A stretch of 64,000 nt of DNA from Macrostomum lignano (lineage: Eukaryota): positions 181,922 through 245,921 of the forward strand of contig NIVC01001722.1 in assembly GCA_002269645.1 (NCBI GenBank), in the 5' to 3' direction. The notes under the pieces are model-generated. The model saw nothing but the letters and a program-made list of their open reading frames with translations, ran no database searches and was not told the origin of the DNA. Every line of letters begins with the position of its first letter. Within the stretch, counting starts at the first letter, position 1. The position numbers and the translations under genes are program-made. Positions 1 through 13,423 of this stretch are shown piece by piece.

Positions 1-281
1 GAAACTCCCCATCTTTTGACGTAGAAAGTAAAACTAAAACCTGACAGCTCTGGTTTCATAGAAAGGCCTTAAATTTTTCTAAGAAACAACGTTATTCTTT
101 AGTAGAATTTTTTCTAGGCCCCAATTTCTTAGAAACTTTGAACGTCTTCCGAAATCTCTTTTTTTAAAATAAAAATTATGCATCCGTTTTTCGTAGAAAA
201 TTTTGTTTAAATTCTTCTACTTTCTTAGAAATAATCATAAATCAGAGATAAGTGAATATTCCTAGAAAGTTGCCGCCTCAC

Positions 282-2117
282 CTGCACCAAATTGTCGATG
301 TGCAGAAAGTCCACGTCGGCCTGTCGCAGGCCCAGCGCACGCGGAATGCGCCGACGGCCATGAAACCGACGGCGCGCGGCAGGTGACGCTGCTCGCCGGG
401 GCCATAGACTCCGGCTAGGCGGAGAGCGCAGGTGAGCAGGCCTGAGTTCGAGTTGGCGGACAGCACCAGCTGCTCAGCCTCGCTTTTGGTTCGGCTGTAC
501 GCGTCCACGTGCTGAGCGGGGGCGATAGGGAATTATCAATAGGCGATTTTACTAATAGGCGATTTTTCTAATAGGCGATTTTTCAAAATGCAATTTTTCA
601 AGGCGATTTTTCTGATAGGTGATTTTTCTAAAAAACGATTTTTCTGATAGGCGACTTTTCTAATAGGCGATTTTACTAATGGGGATTTTTCTAATAGGCG
701 ATTTTTCTTAAACGGCGATTTTTCAAGGCGATTTTTCTACAAGGCGATTTTCTGATAGGTGATTTTTCTAAAAGGCGATTTTTCTGATAGGCGATTTTTC
801 TAAAAGGCAATTCTTTCAGCTCGTACATCCAATTTTTATTTTAGGCGATTTCATAGCCAGCGGTGTTTTTATTAGCCGCTTTTAATTATAGGCAAAGTAG
901 TTCAGCGGTGACGCGGCTGGCTCTCGTCGCAGGTCATTGTAAGAAATTCAGGACCCCGTGTACACCCCGTGTGAGTGTGTGCGAACTGGCCGTGACTGCT
1001 CGCCTCCTCCTTGCTGACTGTCATTAGGCTGTCCGTGCCTCATGGCCTCTCCGTCCATCGAATTCGACTTCGGCAGCCGCTAACTTAACGATTTCAAAGA
1101 CTTTTCAATCATAAGCCTGCGAGCTCACCCGATCCATCGGCAGATACGGCAGGGTCTCGTCGCCGTTGCGAATCTCCTGCCCGCCGAACACCACATTGTA
1201 GGTGCTCGTGTACACCAGGGCCTTCACGCCGTGCTTCTGGCAGGCTGCCGTTTAAATAAAGATTGGCCATTTGCACTGATCTCTCTGCACCCTCGATGAC
1301 CTGCCCGATCTCTCTGTACCCTCTATGACCTGTCCGATCTATCTGCACCCTCTATGACCTGCCAGATCTCTCTGCACCCTCTATGACCTGCCCGATCTCT
1401 CTGCACCCTCTATGACCTGCCCGATCTCTCTGCACCCTCTATGACCTGCCGATCTCTCTGCACCCTCTATGACCTGCCCGATCTCTCTGCACCCTCTATG
1501 ACCTGCCCGATCTCTCTGCACCCTCTATGACCTGCCCGATCTCTCTGCACCCTCTATGACCTGTCCGATCTATCTGCACCATCTATGACCTGCCCGATCT
1601 CTCTGCACCCTCTATGACCTGCCTGATCTCTCTGCACCCTGACCTTCAGATCTCTCCGCACCTTGGTCCTTATACCTTCCTTGCTTTCCGCACGTACCCG
1701 CAATGACATTCCGAGTGCCAACCACATTAACAGCGTAGATCTTGTCCTTCTTCAGCTGCAAGTTGCAACGATATTGAAGTGTTGATACTGAATGGCAACA
1801 AAAAAGTTTACACAGGCATCTCCTACCATCTCGCCGCCCGACATGCCAAAAGAAGCTACGTGGAAAACGCAATCATATCCAGCAGAAACAGCCCGGTCCA
1901 CGTCTTTGAGCTTGGCGACGTCAACCTGCACGCGCTTGAACTTGCTATCGTCCGAGCTGAACCGCAAGTCAGCAAGGCTGACAGAATCTCCGCGAGCCGC
2001 CAGAACCTGGGCAAGACTTTGGCCAACATAGCCGCCTCCGCCAGTGATAAGGAATCGGTGGCTGGGCGCCGACAGACGGTTGCTAAGGGCGCTGCTGCTG
2101 CGCAATTCGACAGGCAT
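282..2117 (-). CDS. SDR42E1: SDR42E1-like 3-beta-HSD/extended short-chain dehydrogenase, 5' part; gene runs off the window start
   Basis: Exons 1827-2117 (ITGGGGYVG Rossmann motif ... HVASFGMSGGEM), 1698-1755 (LKKDKIYAVNVVGTRNVIA), 1129-1244 (CQKHGVKALVYTSTYNVVFGGQEIRNGDETLPYLP) and 282-511 (DAYSRTKSEAEQ YxxxK motif; RLAGVYGPGEQRHLPR). All junctions are GT-AG and phase-compatible. An apparent 1-nt deletion at the CCC run 331-333 is needed to reach DVDFLHIDNLVQ. Confidence 0.85.
541..810. repeat. Degenerate intronic tandem repeat with AGGCGATTTTTCT core
   Basis: About 14 imperfect copies of (T)AGGCGATTTTTCTAA in an SDR42E1 intron. Confidence 0.8.
1275..1640. repeat. 29-bp intronic minisatellite (CTATGACCTGCCCGATCTCTCTGCACCCT)n
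   Basis: About 12 copies inside SDR42E1 intron 1245-1697. Confidence 0.95.
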
Positions 2118-2211
2118 TGTCGAATATCGATTACTTTAAATAACTTCTGTACCTTTTGTATTAATTGAAATTTTTCAGCTGAAAATTTTCATTAAGACCA
2201 TAGTATAAACG

Positions 2212-3001
2212 TACTAAAGTACTAACGTGCTAAAGTACTAACGTACTAACGTACTAAAGTACTAACGTACTAAAGTACTAACGTACTAAAGTACTAACGT
2301 ACTAAAGTACTAACGTACTAAAGTACTAACGTACTAAAGTACTAACGTACTAAAGTACTAACGTACTAAAGTACTAACGTACTAAAGTACTAACGTACTA
2401 AAGTACTAACGTACTAAAGTACTAACGTACTAAAGTACTAACGTACTAAAGTACTAACGTACTAAAGTACTAACGTACTAAAGTACTAACGTACTAAAGT
2501 ACTAACGTACTAAAGTACTAACGTACTAAAGTACTAACGTACTAAAGTACTAACGTACTAAAGTACTAACGTACTAAAGTACTAACGTACTAAAGTACTA
2601 ACGTACTAAAGTACTAACGTACTAAAGTACTAACGTACTAAAGTACTAACGTACTAAAGTACTAACGTACTAAAGTACTAACGTACTAAAGTACTAACGT
2701 ACTAAAGTACTAACGTACTAAAGTACTAACGTACTAAAGTACTAACGTACTAAAGTACTAACGTACTAAAGTACTAACGTACTAAAGTACTAACGTACTA
2801 AAGTACTAACGTACTAAAGTACTAACGTACTAAAGTACTAACGTACTAAAGTACTAACGTACTAAAGTACTAACGTACTAAAGTACTAACGTACTAAAGT
2901 ACTAACGTACTAAAGTACTAACGTACTAAAGTACTAACGTACTAAAGTACTAACGTACTAAAGTACTAACGTACTAAAGTACTAACGTACTAAACTACTA
3001 A
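2212..3001. repeat. 16-bp minisatellite (GTACTAACGTACTAAA)n
   Basis: Nearly perfect array of ~49 units. A minus-strand donor (AAG|gtaagt at ~3015) suggests it sits in a 5'-UTR intron of the SDR42E1-like gene. Confidence 0.95.
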
Positions 3002-3640
3002 CAGGCGAGACTTACCTTAGTACTTTACAGGATTCTTTACAGTATTCTGTAAATATAAACTTGTACTAAACTACACAAATTTAATGAAGACAAGACACAG
3101 AAGGCAAAACGCTTTTAACTCCAATGGATCGACAAACTGCGGAAAACAGAAAATGCCGTCAGTTCATGCTTAACAACTAGAGTTGGCCAGCATAGGAAGA
3201 AGCAGATTGACTGTTTAAGTTGTATTTATTTGTTGTTTCGATCTTTGCTTTTCACAATAATTCACAAAGCAACCTGTGGCATACAAGGATGAACAAACAT
3301 GTAAACCTTTGTATATAGGAACTCAAAATCAGAGCTAAAATATCTGCACTAGATATTAGAATCCTGTATCATATTCTAGAATTCTGTACCAGACAATACA
3401 ATCCTGTGCAAGACCCTACAATCCTGTACCAGACCTTAGAACCCATGCCAGACCCTAGAATGAGACACCAAATACAAGCATGCTAGTTATACTACATAAT
3501 TCTTTAACCAAAGACCCACACGCAGTTCCCAACAAGACTCCCTAATAATTCCTCTTCCGTTAGAACAACGCAGGTAATGCCACGAATATTTCTCATTCGA
3601 ATCAGTTGAGACAGAGAGTCAGTTCCAAAGTCACTGGCCT

Positions 3641-6600
3641 TTATTTGGCTTCCCCATCAGCTGACGCCTCCAGACCCTTCTTCCTGTAGCGCTTGTGAGG
3701 ATATTTACGCCGCCAGGCAGTCCGCGACCTCGGCTCCAACATGCTGCGCCGCTGGTAGCTCTTCACGGCGTCCACAAACAGGTCGCCCTCGGGCCGCAGC
3801 TGCCGCAGGCTGGGCGCCAGTTCGTCGGCCAGTTTAAACTCGGCTTCGGGCTCCTCGAACCTGTGCCGGCCCAGCCGTTTGGTGCCAGAGGCGCGTTCGC
3901 GGCGCTTAGCAAGCCGCGCCTGACGCTGACGGTCGCCGGCGGCCAGAGAACGGCCAACTTGGCGGCTCAGCTCGGTCAGGCGGTCCAAATCGACTGATTG
4001 GCGCTTGCGGCGCTTCAACTCGGCGGCCTGGGCGCGCTGGCGGCGCACCTCAGCGTTCTGCTTGCTGCTGGTGCGGCCGGCCGGCTGGAATAAAACAAAA
4101 TTGTTAAAAGAGCAAATTTAGTAACATTGGACTAGCCAATGCGCCCCCCCTCGGGTGCAAAACTCCTAATGCTGAACTTTAGACCAATAGCAAGACCAAC
4201 CTAATTAGAATTAGGGACGTAACACCTAAATTTCTTAGAATTGTTTTGAAGGCCGACTTTATGGAAGAGATGACCTACCATAATAGGAAATACCATAATA
4301 GTATTATTATTAGTATTATTTTGTCTTTGGAACTAGTCGTGCGCTTCACACCCACTAGTGAGGGCCAATCTTCAAAACACAGAGATCGAGTGTGACATGC
4401 CTGAATTTCTCAGGGCCGCTGTACACTCGGGAGTGAGCTTGTATGTTTGCATGTGCTTAGGAGTCAGTGGAATTGGCAGTATCGCTGCATTACTGGCTAA
4501 AGAATGATGCCTATTATGCTTGTAGGGTGTCCAAGATGTCTAAGGTGTCTAGTTCTAGAACTCTACAAATCCCATGAGGTTGTAGTGTGAGCATCTTTTG
4601 CGTATTCTATTAGTTAGGTTTTGCATTATTGTTATTGAATTATTATTTTGCTTTAGTTTAGTCATACGTTTTTGGTGTACTTTTTCCTTGTTAGTTAGAA
4701 TCAATTTTGCGTAAACAGGTTAGAGTTAGACGCCATTTGTGACTCAGCGGAGGGTTGAGTTTTTCTGCGAACCCCAGCTTTGCGCGGCCAGCCAATCAGA
4801 ACCGGCCTGGACCCTGGCACGCGGCAAGTTTCAATTCTACCCGGCGCCGCGGGCACAGTACAATTCGGCTTAGCAAGCGGCCGGCCAGACGACCACCACC
4901 CGGCTTGAGGGGGTTTTGAGGGGTTGTGACTCTGACTATATATGAAAGTGTGTTTGGCAATCAGATCTCGCCTTCCTTTCCGCCTTTCGTTCCCCGGTTC
5001 TTGGTTTTGTCCAGCTTCCCGGCCGGTGGCCTAGCTGTTTCCCTTTGGTTCGCGCTTTGAGGCGTTTTGATTCGTCACCCCCGGTCCATATCTTTGTTCC
5101 CTTGCCCAACCGCTTCAGTCTTGTGGCGTAACGCCTACGGCAAATTCCTGTCTGAAGTCGTCGCTGTCAAGCGCGGTTAGATAGAGACTGTCGGATCTGA
5201 TCAAGTACGCGGCCTCGACCCCGAGGGCCTCAGTGTTACACTGAAGGGCAGTGCCGATAGAATTTAGTCGGTACTCCGTTGAACGGTCGGTTCGGCAGGG
5301 CTCTCGTTTGAGAGTAGGTTCTGGTTTAGGCCAGGGGTTAGGAGTCTTCTCCGTGGTCGTGTTCGGTTTTCTTCCTCTTCTTCATCAGCTGAGATCTGCT
5401 TGCCAGTTGCGTAATCTAATTATTATTATTAACCGTTATTGTCGTTTTGTCAACTCTAGTTATCTGCGCCGTTTGAATTTGAATCTTGTAACTTGAAGTA
5501 ATCAAATTAAATCGTCTAGCCAATTATCAGTTTGTATCACATAGGATTATCACTCTCTAAATCTTTCGGTTTGTGTTCCCTCGTGTTCTTTCTTTTCTGG
5601 TACTGTACCTGCGGCTATTGGAGAAGACTGGTAGGACTCGCCGACCGGCGATAGGCGATTAGGATTAATAGCTTTAAAATCTCTGACGCTCCAAGTAGGT
5701 TTGTCTAGGGCCTAAATAATTGCTCACCGTGCATGCTATTTATCTAATTGCCTTTTTATCACAAGGTGGCCGCGCGATTCGATGGCTGCTTTCTTAGACA
5801 GATGGTGTGCAAGTTTAAAAGCTTTAAAGAGAGATTCGCATCGCATTCTTTACTCGCTACTCGTTAATAGATTGACTTGCACAAAGTCCTTCAGAAACCT
5901 ACTGGTTCTGAAAGTTTGCCTTTATTATTAAGTTACCTGGTCCGACTTTGCGACGGGCGGCGGTTCGCTAGGCGTCGAATCGTCCACTTCTTTGTCAACA
6001 ATGTCATCGCCCTCGCCCTCGCTATCGCTCTCAAACAGTCCGGCCGCCATCTCCTTGTCATTGGCGGCAGCGAGCGCCGCCGCGGCGCCAGCTGTACCAG
6101 GGAAATGGCGCTCCATCTGGCCGTGAAGCCGCTTGGCCCGGGACTCCTTGACCAACTCGGACTGGGTGGCCGCGGCCAGCATGGCCTCGTGATCGGCCAG
6201 AGAAGGATTGTATGAAGCGCCAGGCTGGGGCACCGGACAGGCTGGCGCCGAGCTAGTGCCGGTTCGAAACCGGCGCTTAACAGGCGCTTGACGAGTGCAG
6301 CGCATTTGATGCAGCACCAGATCTTTGATATCGGTGTCAGCTGACGACTCGGGCTTGGGGTCCGAGCCCCACAGGTCCATGGTCTGTGGACCGGCTGCCT
6401 TGTCCTGATCGGCAGCGGCCGCATGTTTGACCAGGCGATCCAACGGCCGAGAATTGAATTTCTTTTGACGCTTCGACTCGGCGACTGGAGCGGAGGCGGC
6501 GCCCGATGGCAGCGACTCGTGGCAGCGAAGGCCGGACAGAATCCGCGAGGTGGCCGAGGAGCCGCTGCCCTCAACCTTGGCTTGCTGCTGTTGCTGCCGG

Positions 6601-7343
6601 CTCTGGCGCCGCCGCTGGCCCGGCTCGCCGACGTCAATGAAGAATCCACCACTGCGGCGTCTGGAGGCGAAAAATGAAGCATTGGAGCCTTGCTGCTTTG
6701 GTTTTTAATTAGTGTTTCACAGATTATAAGCTGGCGCCACATCCAATTTCCTAGATTTCAGCTGGCGCCACATCTATATCCCTAGATTTCGGCTGGCGCC
6801 ACAGCCAATTCCATAGATTTCGGTAGGGCCACAGCCAATTCCATAGATTTCGGTTGGCGCCGCAGCCAACTGCCTAGATTTCAGTTGGCGCCACATCTAT
6901 ATCCTAGATTTCAGTTGGCGCCACATCTACATCCTAGATTTCCGTTGGCGCCACACCTATATCCTAGCTTTCGATTGGCGCCACATCTATATCCTAGATT
7001 TCAGTTGGCGCCACATCTATATCCTAGATTTCAGTTGGCGCCACATCTATATCCTAAACTTCAGTTGGCGCCACATCTATATCCTAGATTTCGGTTGGCG
7101 CCACAGCAAATTCTCTAGATTTCGGTTGGCGCCAAAAACCTCTCCCAACAGATTTCCCGTGAGCTCCATCAACTGAGTTGGAAAACATCAATCAAGAGGT
7201 CGCCCCAGAACGCACCTGATCAGCTCTGCCGTGGTCTGTTCTGGCAGCAAATTATCAACATCTCGAGACAATTTGCGCCAAGTCTTCTTTTTATTTCTTG
7301 ATAATCTCAGCCGCTTGGCTGCTGGCTTAGCCGGGTCGGCCAT
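3641..7343 (-). CDS. NOP53: Ribosome biogenesis factor NOP53 (GLTSCR2/PICT1), 3 exons, 431 aa
   Basis: Exons 7216-7343 (MADPAK...SRNKKKTWRK), 5937-6660 (RRSGGFFID...) and 3641-4084 (LGRHRFEEPEAEFKLADELAPSLRQLRPEGDLFVDAVKSYQRRSMLEPR). Junctions are GT-AG and the total of 1296 nt is in frame. The motifs match the NOP53 N-terminal RNKKxxWR/FFxD and C-terminal SLRxLKPEG...FQRRxxIEPR signatures. Confidence 0.9.
4738..5540. mobile_element. Possible solo-LTR-like insertion in NOP53 intron 2
   Basis: GC-richer block bounded by TGTGAC...ATCACA, with CCAAT (~4793) and TATA-like (~4936) motifs. No TSD was found. Confidence 0.25.
6735..7132. repeat. 30-bp intronic minisatellite (TGGCGCCACATCTATATCCTAGATTTCAGT)n
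   Basis: About 13 copies in NOP53 intron 1; source of the spurious APHLYPRFQL ORF. Confidence 0.9.
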
Positions 7344-8306
7344 GAATAAAAATTGCTGGAGTTTATTTTTGTTGTCGTGTAATGCTTCTGCCAAATGCAA
7401 TCTGGCAATCCTCATTTTGTATGTGACAGGCCTAGGGGGATTTGTGTCACAGGGCGTGTCGTGACACATCACCTTCAATTTTGGCTACCTGGATTTGGAC
7501 CCCGGATGCCAAATTAGCACCAGATGGTGATTAGTAGTTTTTGGAATTTCCTGGAAAAATAGTTATTTTCATCACATAGCCAATGATTGCGTTTGATTGG
7601 GGAAAGTAAAGATAATAATTCTTTTAATTTAGCTTGCACTACATGTTACTCTGCAGTGCATTTCTGCTAGGTAATCTTCACTGCGCAAGATCAAATGCAA
7701 TCATTGATTTTGTGATGAAAAAAAGATTTTTTCCTTTTACCGCCGTGAATTTTTTGCAGCAAATCGGCCTCCAAAAAAACTACACGATCTTTGAGTTTTA
7801 CGTCCTGTTATACTACTTGTAAGACTTGTATGTGGGCTCAGCAGTGTAACTGGTAGGGTAGGGATGTTAGTACTTTATTTGATTTCCAATTTTTGACTGA
7901 TGCCTAGGACCGCAAAAAGTAGATTAACTACAGATAGATATGTCACTCCTAGAAAATGCGCTTATCTACTTATTTAGTAGTAATGTTAGTGTTTTTTAAT
8001 AGAAAAACTATGAGATTATAAATTTTAGTACCTGTGGCTTTACGCTTAAAAACCTATTGTCAGACAGATAAATAAACAAAAGAATTAAAAGTTTTGATTT
8101 TCCAGTTTAACTGAAACCAAATAAACACGCGAATATGGTTTAGCATTAAAATATAAAAAAAACGATCAAAGAGTGTTATCCAACGGTAGAAAAAACCTTC
8201 GGAACACCAACATAGCTTAGCATAGATAATGTGTATTAAAATCCGTTAATGAAGTCATGACGGTGAGTAGATAAGCAGCAAAATCTATTGAAATAAAGCT
8301 AACGCA

Positions 8307-9289
8307 TCAATGATCCCAATATACATAAACACTTGGCATTACGAAGGCACAGAAACTTCTTTGTGTTTGACGTCGCAAACAAAATAAATAACGGAATGCA
8401 GTCTGATAAATAAAATAGAAAATGAGCAGCTTCATTACGCATAATAAGTTATAACGAGGCACAAAATTAGCAAGGATAGGACAAAGTACAGCTGTGTGGT
8501 TAGAACTTGTGACCAGCTGAAACTGTTCTTGCTTAACAGTTTCAACTGGATTTGAACTTGCTAAACTCTTGGTCAGTTTTAAATAAATTTCTCTTAAGAA
8601 ATAAAGATAACAGTCTGATGGACCGGGTGAAAACGGTGCCTTGGACCAAGAAGCGTCCCAAGAAGTGTCATTTGCTTCGCCCCAGAGTTGTTTCAGGTAA
8701 CACAGGTAAAGTAGGAAAGGAAGTGTAAAAAGCGAAAGAAAAGAATATTGATTTTTTATTAGTGGATAGCTGAACCTCCTGTCCAGGTCTGTTTGAGTAG
8801 TCCATGACAGGCGTCTTGTATGCATCAGCATGGTTCAGAAAAGTACTTTCATCTGGATTCCAGGTCTCATTCAATTTCCAGCAGAAGATCGGCCTTCCCG
8901 TTGTTCTGCTCCACTTTGCTGCACTCGCCGAAGCCGGCAGACTCGCCGTCGCACTGGACAGACACAGAGCGCGTGCTGTGCTCCTCATAGCCGAATAGGC
9001 AGCTATCGATCAGGCTTGAGCAGCAGTACAATGCCACTACTAGGAGCAGCAATAGCAGCAACAGCAGCAACAGCATCGCTAGATTTGACAGGCCATGCGA
9101 CCAGCCGAATCGCATCAGGTAGTGCAGCGGCACGAATCGCCATTCAACAATATACACTTCGTCTCGTTGAATAGCTACGTTGCTGTGGAGGCCGGCGGAT
9201 CTGGCTTCCAGAATTAACTGGCGCAACTGGTGGTCCCGCGTAGCGGTGAAGTTGCGCAGTATAGCCTGCAGAACGCTGCGCGAATCCAT
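8307..9289 (-). pseudogene. Frameshifted type-II membrane protein ORF, possibly C6orf89 (BRAP)-like
   Basis: Three overlapping minus frames join into one plausible protein: MDSRSV...LRQLILEARSAGL...poly-Leu TM...DSCLF...GECSKV / STFLNHADAYKTPVM...FFSFAFYTSFPTL / WDASWSK...DCYLYFLREIY. This needs two frameshifts (~8870 and ~8690). The family similarity is recalled, not searched. Confidence 0.35.
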
Positions 9290-11289
9290 GAGATTTGCGG
9301 GGGTATATGCTAGTAACATACTGTAAACATTAATTTATATTCAGATTTTTATAGATTTCTATAAAACTGAACTTGATGGTTTAGCATACATTTGAATTTT
9401 CTTCGAAACAAGTTCACACAAGTTTTAAAACTATATAAACTGCACTATTGTGTCATAAATTGACGGGTTAACTTAATGATAGTGTTGTTCCGCTGGTATT
9501 TCTACTATAAGTATGGTATAACGTAAATACTAACTATATTAATATTATTCTCGTTTTTTACACATACTATCACTTTCAGTAGAGTGGTTAATAAATTATC
9601 TGTATAATGTATTATTGATCATGTGACATCTCTGGCTCTAAAATATTATTTGTGTAGTTTTTCTAGTGGATGCTTTATAATATAAATAAAGCAACTGAGC
9701 GCATCTTGCACTTTAACTTTACAATTACAACTGGAAAGCTCCTATATTTGGCTATACAACACTTACATCAATAGCTTGACAGAATATAACTTGAAACACT
9801 TGAGATGCATCTTTTTCTCAAACGGATAACTGTGAAACTTATATAATGGACTGAATAGTTTACTAGCAAAATTTTCAACAGATAAATAAATATTAGACTC
9901 TAAATTGGAATTCTCATACTTCTTTGAAAAGATCATATCATAATCATATGTGCACAGACTTCAGAATTTTAGAGTGAATGAAAGAGCTTTTCTTTCTTTT
10001 TCTTTTCATTTTTTATGTTTTTTCTTGCTTCATTTTATTTTTCATTCTTTTGCATGCATACTAGGTCAGCTAGGTGTTGCAAATGTATGAAAATGATTAT
10101 AATTTTAGACCATAGCTTTTAGATAGACTATATTTCAATAAGCTAGGGTAAAGAATATCAATTAGGGCCTACTTGTCCCATTCAAAAAATATTAGCTAGG
10201 CCTTTGTTCAAATAAATGCCAAGTAGTTATGTTCTACAATACCCTGATTATAGCTCTGGCTATATAGAATACTAATACTAAGAGAAAGCAAATACTCTTA
10301 TAGATATACCCAAGGGAATATTATAGTTAAAAGCTTTTATTATAAATTTTATTGGTTTGCAAAAATTAGAAAGCAAAATAAAAGAGAATTATATCATTAA
10401 TCAAGCAAAAGGTAAAAATAAGTATTTTAGTAATAAAAATAGAAAATTTTTATTTTACCAAATTTGTCTTGCTATAATATTAATAATGACTATAGCTATA
10501 GTATGTAGTAAGCAACCACAAAAATATAGATACTTATAGATATTGGTTTTTTTTTCATTTTATTTTATAAAAAGTAATTTCCATTTTAAGCAAAGCTGTT
10601 GATCTTGGCAGTTTAGGTGGCGTTCTTAGATAAGTAAGTGATAAAAAATTGGCTTTATTCTGCAACACATATTAGACAAAGATTCTAAGGAATTGCTTGC
10701 TGAATAGTTGCTATGTAATCATCTAGAATTGCAATTATAGGCTTCAACATCTGATGCAATATAGGCCATGATGATTTGCCAATAATGACATTCTGTATTA
10801 AAATCACAAAAATCATAGTGGATCACTAAAAGGAAAAAAATCAATACAATTGATTAGATTAACTAATCTTAACTAATTTTGCATATGAATACAGGCACTT
10901 AGACACAAGGGTATAGAATTGAGCTATTTTGCTACTTCAAATGTTTTATAAATTGATTATATATAATTTATTGCTATTGCTATTCCTTCTCCAGTGTTAG
11001 GTGTTAGAATCTCTAGTGTCTATCTTTTAAACAACCATGCCGCTCAAATGACCACTCCACTACAATTATAACTACCCTCCCCCAGAATTTGAGGACCCCA
11101 ACAGTTAGAGTAAAACAAGAGAAAGAATTTTGTTGTGATTTGTCTGTGTGACTCTCTGGATTTATTCGTGTGAATGCAACACTGACGGGAATTCAAATGT
11201 AGAATCTGTCCTTCTTCATTAGTGACAGCAATTGACTTTAATCATCCAAAAAAACTTTCTCCACTCCTACACCCCATCTCCAGCCACCT

Positions 11290-11548
11290 CATACATGCGC
11301 AACTGCTGGCCGACCTGGCCGATCTGGCCACCGTAAATTGTGGTTGCAAAGTTGCAAAAATGCCTAACCTAAAGAATACAGACAGAGTACTAATTAGATG
11401 ACGAGGCATTTAGCCATAATAAGACAGTCATAGTTTCTCCTGCCGTTTACCCAAAATTGCGTTAAGGTTTCTTTTATAGGTAAGTTGCATTTTTGGTCAA
11501 AAAGTAAGTTGCACGGCCAGTGTAAATCAGGGGGGTTGCGCATGTATG
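11290..11548. mobile_element. hAT-type MITE, 259 bp
   Basis: TIR CATACATGCGCAAC / GTTGCGCATGTATG; exact 8-bp TSD AGCCACCT at 11282-11289 and 11549-11556. Confidence 0.85.
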
Positions 11549-12119
11549 AGCCACCTCAAAAGTATACAAATTATAGCTACATACATATATAGCACTAAGC
11601 AATTTTTACCTAGAGTGAACTAAATTAAATAGCAATTTCTTGGAAAAATTTATTGAAAAACTGACATTTTTTCACCCACAATCTATGATTTTGTTTAGTT
11701 TCATTTTAGGATTCCTATTAAAAATGAATAGAAAGGCAATATAGTTTATCAAAAGATTGCTATATAATAATTATATTTTATTTCATAATTAGGCCTATCT
11801 CATCTCAATAGTAAAATTATATTTATATACTCATATAGAATATAGGGAGATCATAGAAAGTAAAAAAATAAAAAGTAGTTTTCCAACTAAACTAATAACT
11901 GCTAGTCAGTTAATCAAATCAAGTCAAAACCAACTATAAGTATAAAGGCTACATTTTTAAAGATAGAAAACAAATTTAAATTTAATATACCATTGTATCA
12001 TATTTGTTTTTTATGTTTTTGTGCAGATACATACCTTTTCTTACTTTTATCTTATAACCTTATCTCATTATAAAATTTACTAAGAGATCATAAGATTAAA
12101 GTGAAGGGCACACACACAT

Positions 12120-12638
12120 GGAAGTGCTTATCCCCATAGTCCCATGTCAATAATTTGAATTTTATCCACACAGATCTATGTCAATTTTTTTTAGCTTATC
12201 CCTACAGCTAAGGTTATGCAATTGCTTGTATTTATTTTTGTGTACTGATGTTAAATTGATAGTCATTATTATTATTATTATTACTTATTATTATTACATT
12301 TTAAATTTTGAATTTAGTAAATCTCATTTGCCTCAATTTTAGGGTCTATTTGGTTGTTCTAAGCAAAGCTAGCAGCTAAGCAAATATTTAAAATTAACCT
12401 TTTTAATGACAAAAAAGTTTTAACAAAGTACTTGATACTTTTCATTATTCAGTAGTTTACTTGGAAGATTTGTAAAACAGTGAAAACAAATAGATGGTTT
12501 TGAACAGATTCATTTTAAGGTTCTCTATTCCAATAACTTGAATAAGCTACAATAGAAATAAGCTGGAAATTATTGACATGAATCAGTGTCAATAAAATTG
12601 GAATTATCAGCATGGGACGGTGAGGATAAGCACTTTCC
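12120..12638. mobile_element. Probable MITE with imperfect TIRs
   Basis: GGAAGTGCTTATCC...CCCATG versus CATGGG...GGATAAGCACTTTCC, flanked by ACACAT on both sides. Confidence 0.4.
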
Positions 12639-13423
12639 ACACATATATCTATATAAAAATTTATTTAAAAATAAACATGAGCATAAGCTTATATAGGCCT
12701 ATTCACTTTATATTTGTGCAGGGCCCCTCCTGATTTCTTTATAAAATAGTCACCATTTAGTCAATTTGAATTCACGCCAAAACTAAGAAACATATTTTGT
12801 TTTAATACTCGTATTTTCTATAATATTTTGCACTAACAAATTTTTGTTTAAAACTATAGCAAATTTTAGTATAAATAGAAGCATTTTCGGCGGAAGAGAG
12901 ACCAACCTCGCGCATCGCGGTTTACTAACAAAATAGTTGATAACGAATAGTAAGAGTTCCAAGAAAATAAGAATTGAAGAAGTGTTTTCTGTGTTGATTC
13001 TTTTTAAGAAGTAAGAGTGAAATAGACTGAAGCGTATATACTATTGAGAAGCAGCAGCATTGAGTAGTAAGAGAATACAAAGTAGATCTGAAGTGATACG
13101 TGTAAGAATAACCGGAGGCTGTGACCCTCGAATCTCGGTAACGCCCAAGGACTTGCAAAGTACATGAAATACATATACCAGTAAGCCAAAATACTGCTCA
13201 GGCCATTATTAAATAGAACGCTACCAGAATAACAGAACGCTACCAGAATAATCAGAAGAGTAAAATCTTTCAGGGCTAACAGTTTTTCTAAGAATAATAC
13301 TCCGACTAAATACTCAGACTAAATACTTAGACTAAATACCAAGATATATACTCAGATCAATTCTAAGAAACATTTCTTGGATTATTCTAAGATTGATAAA
13401 CTCATAATTTATTAATAGGATAA

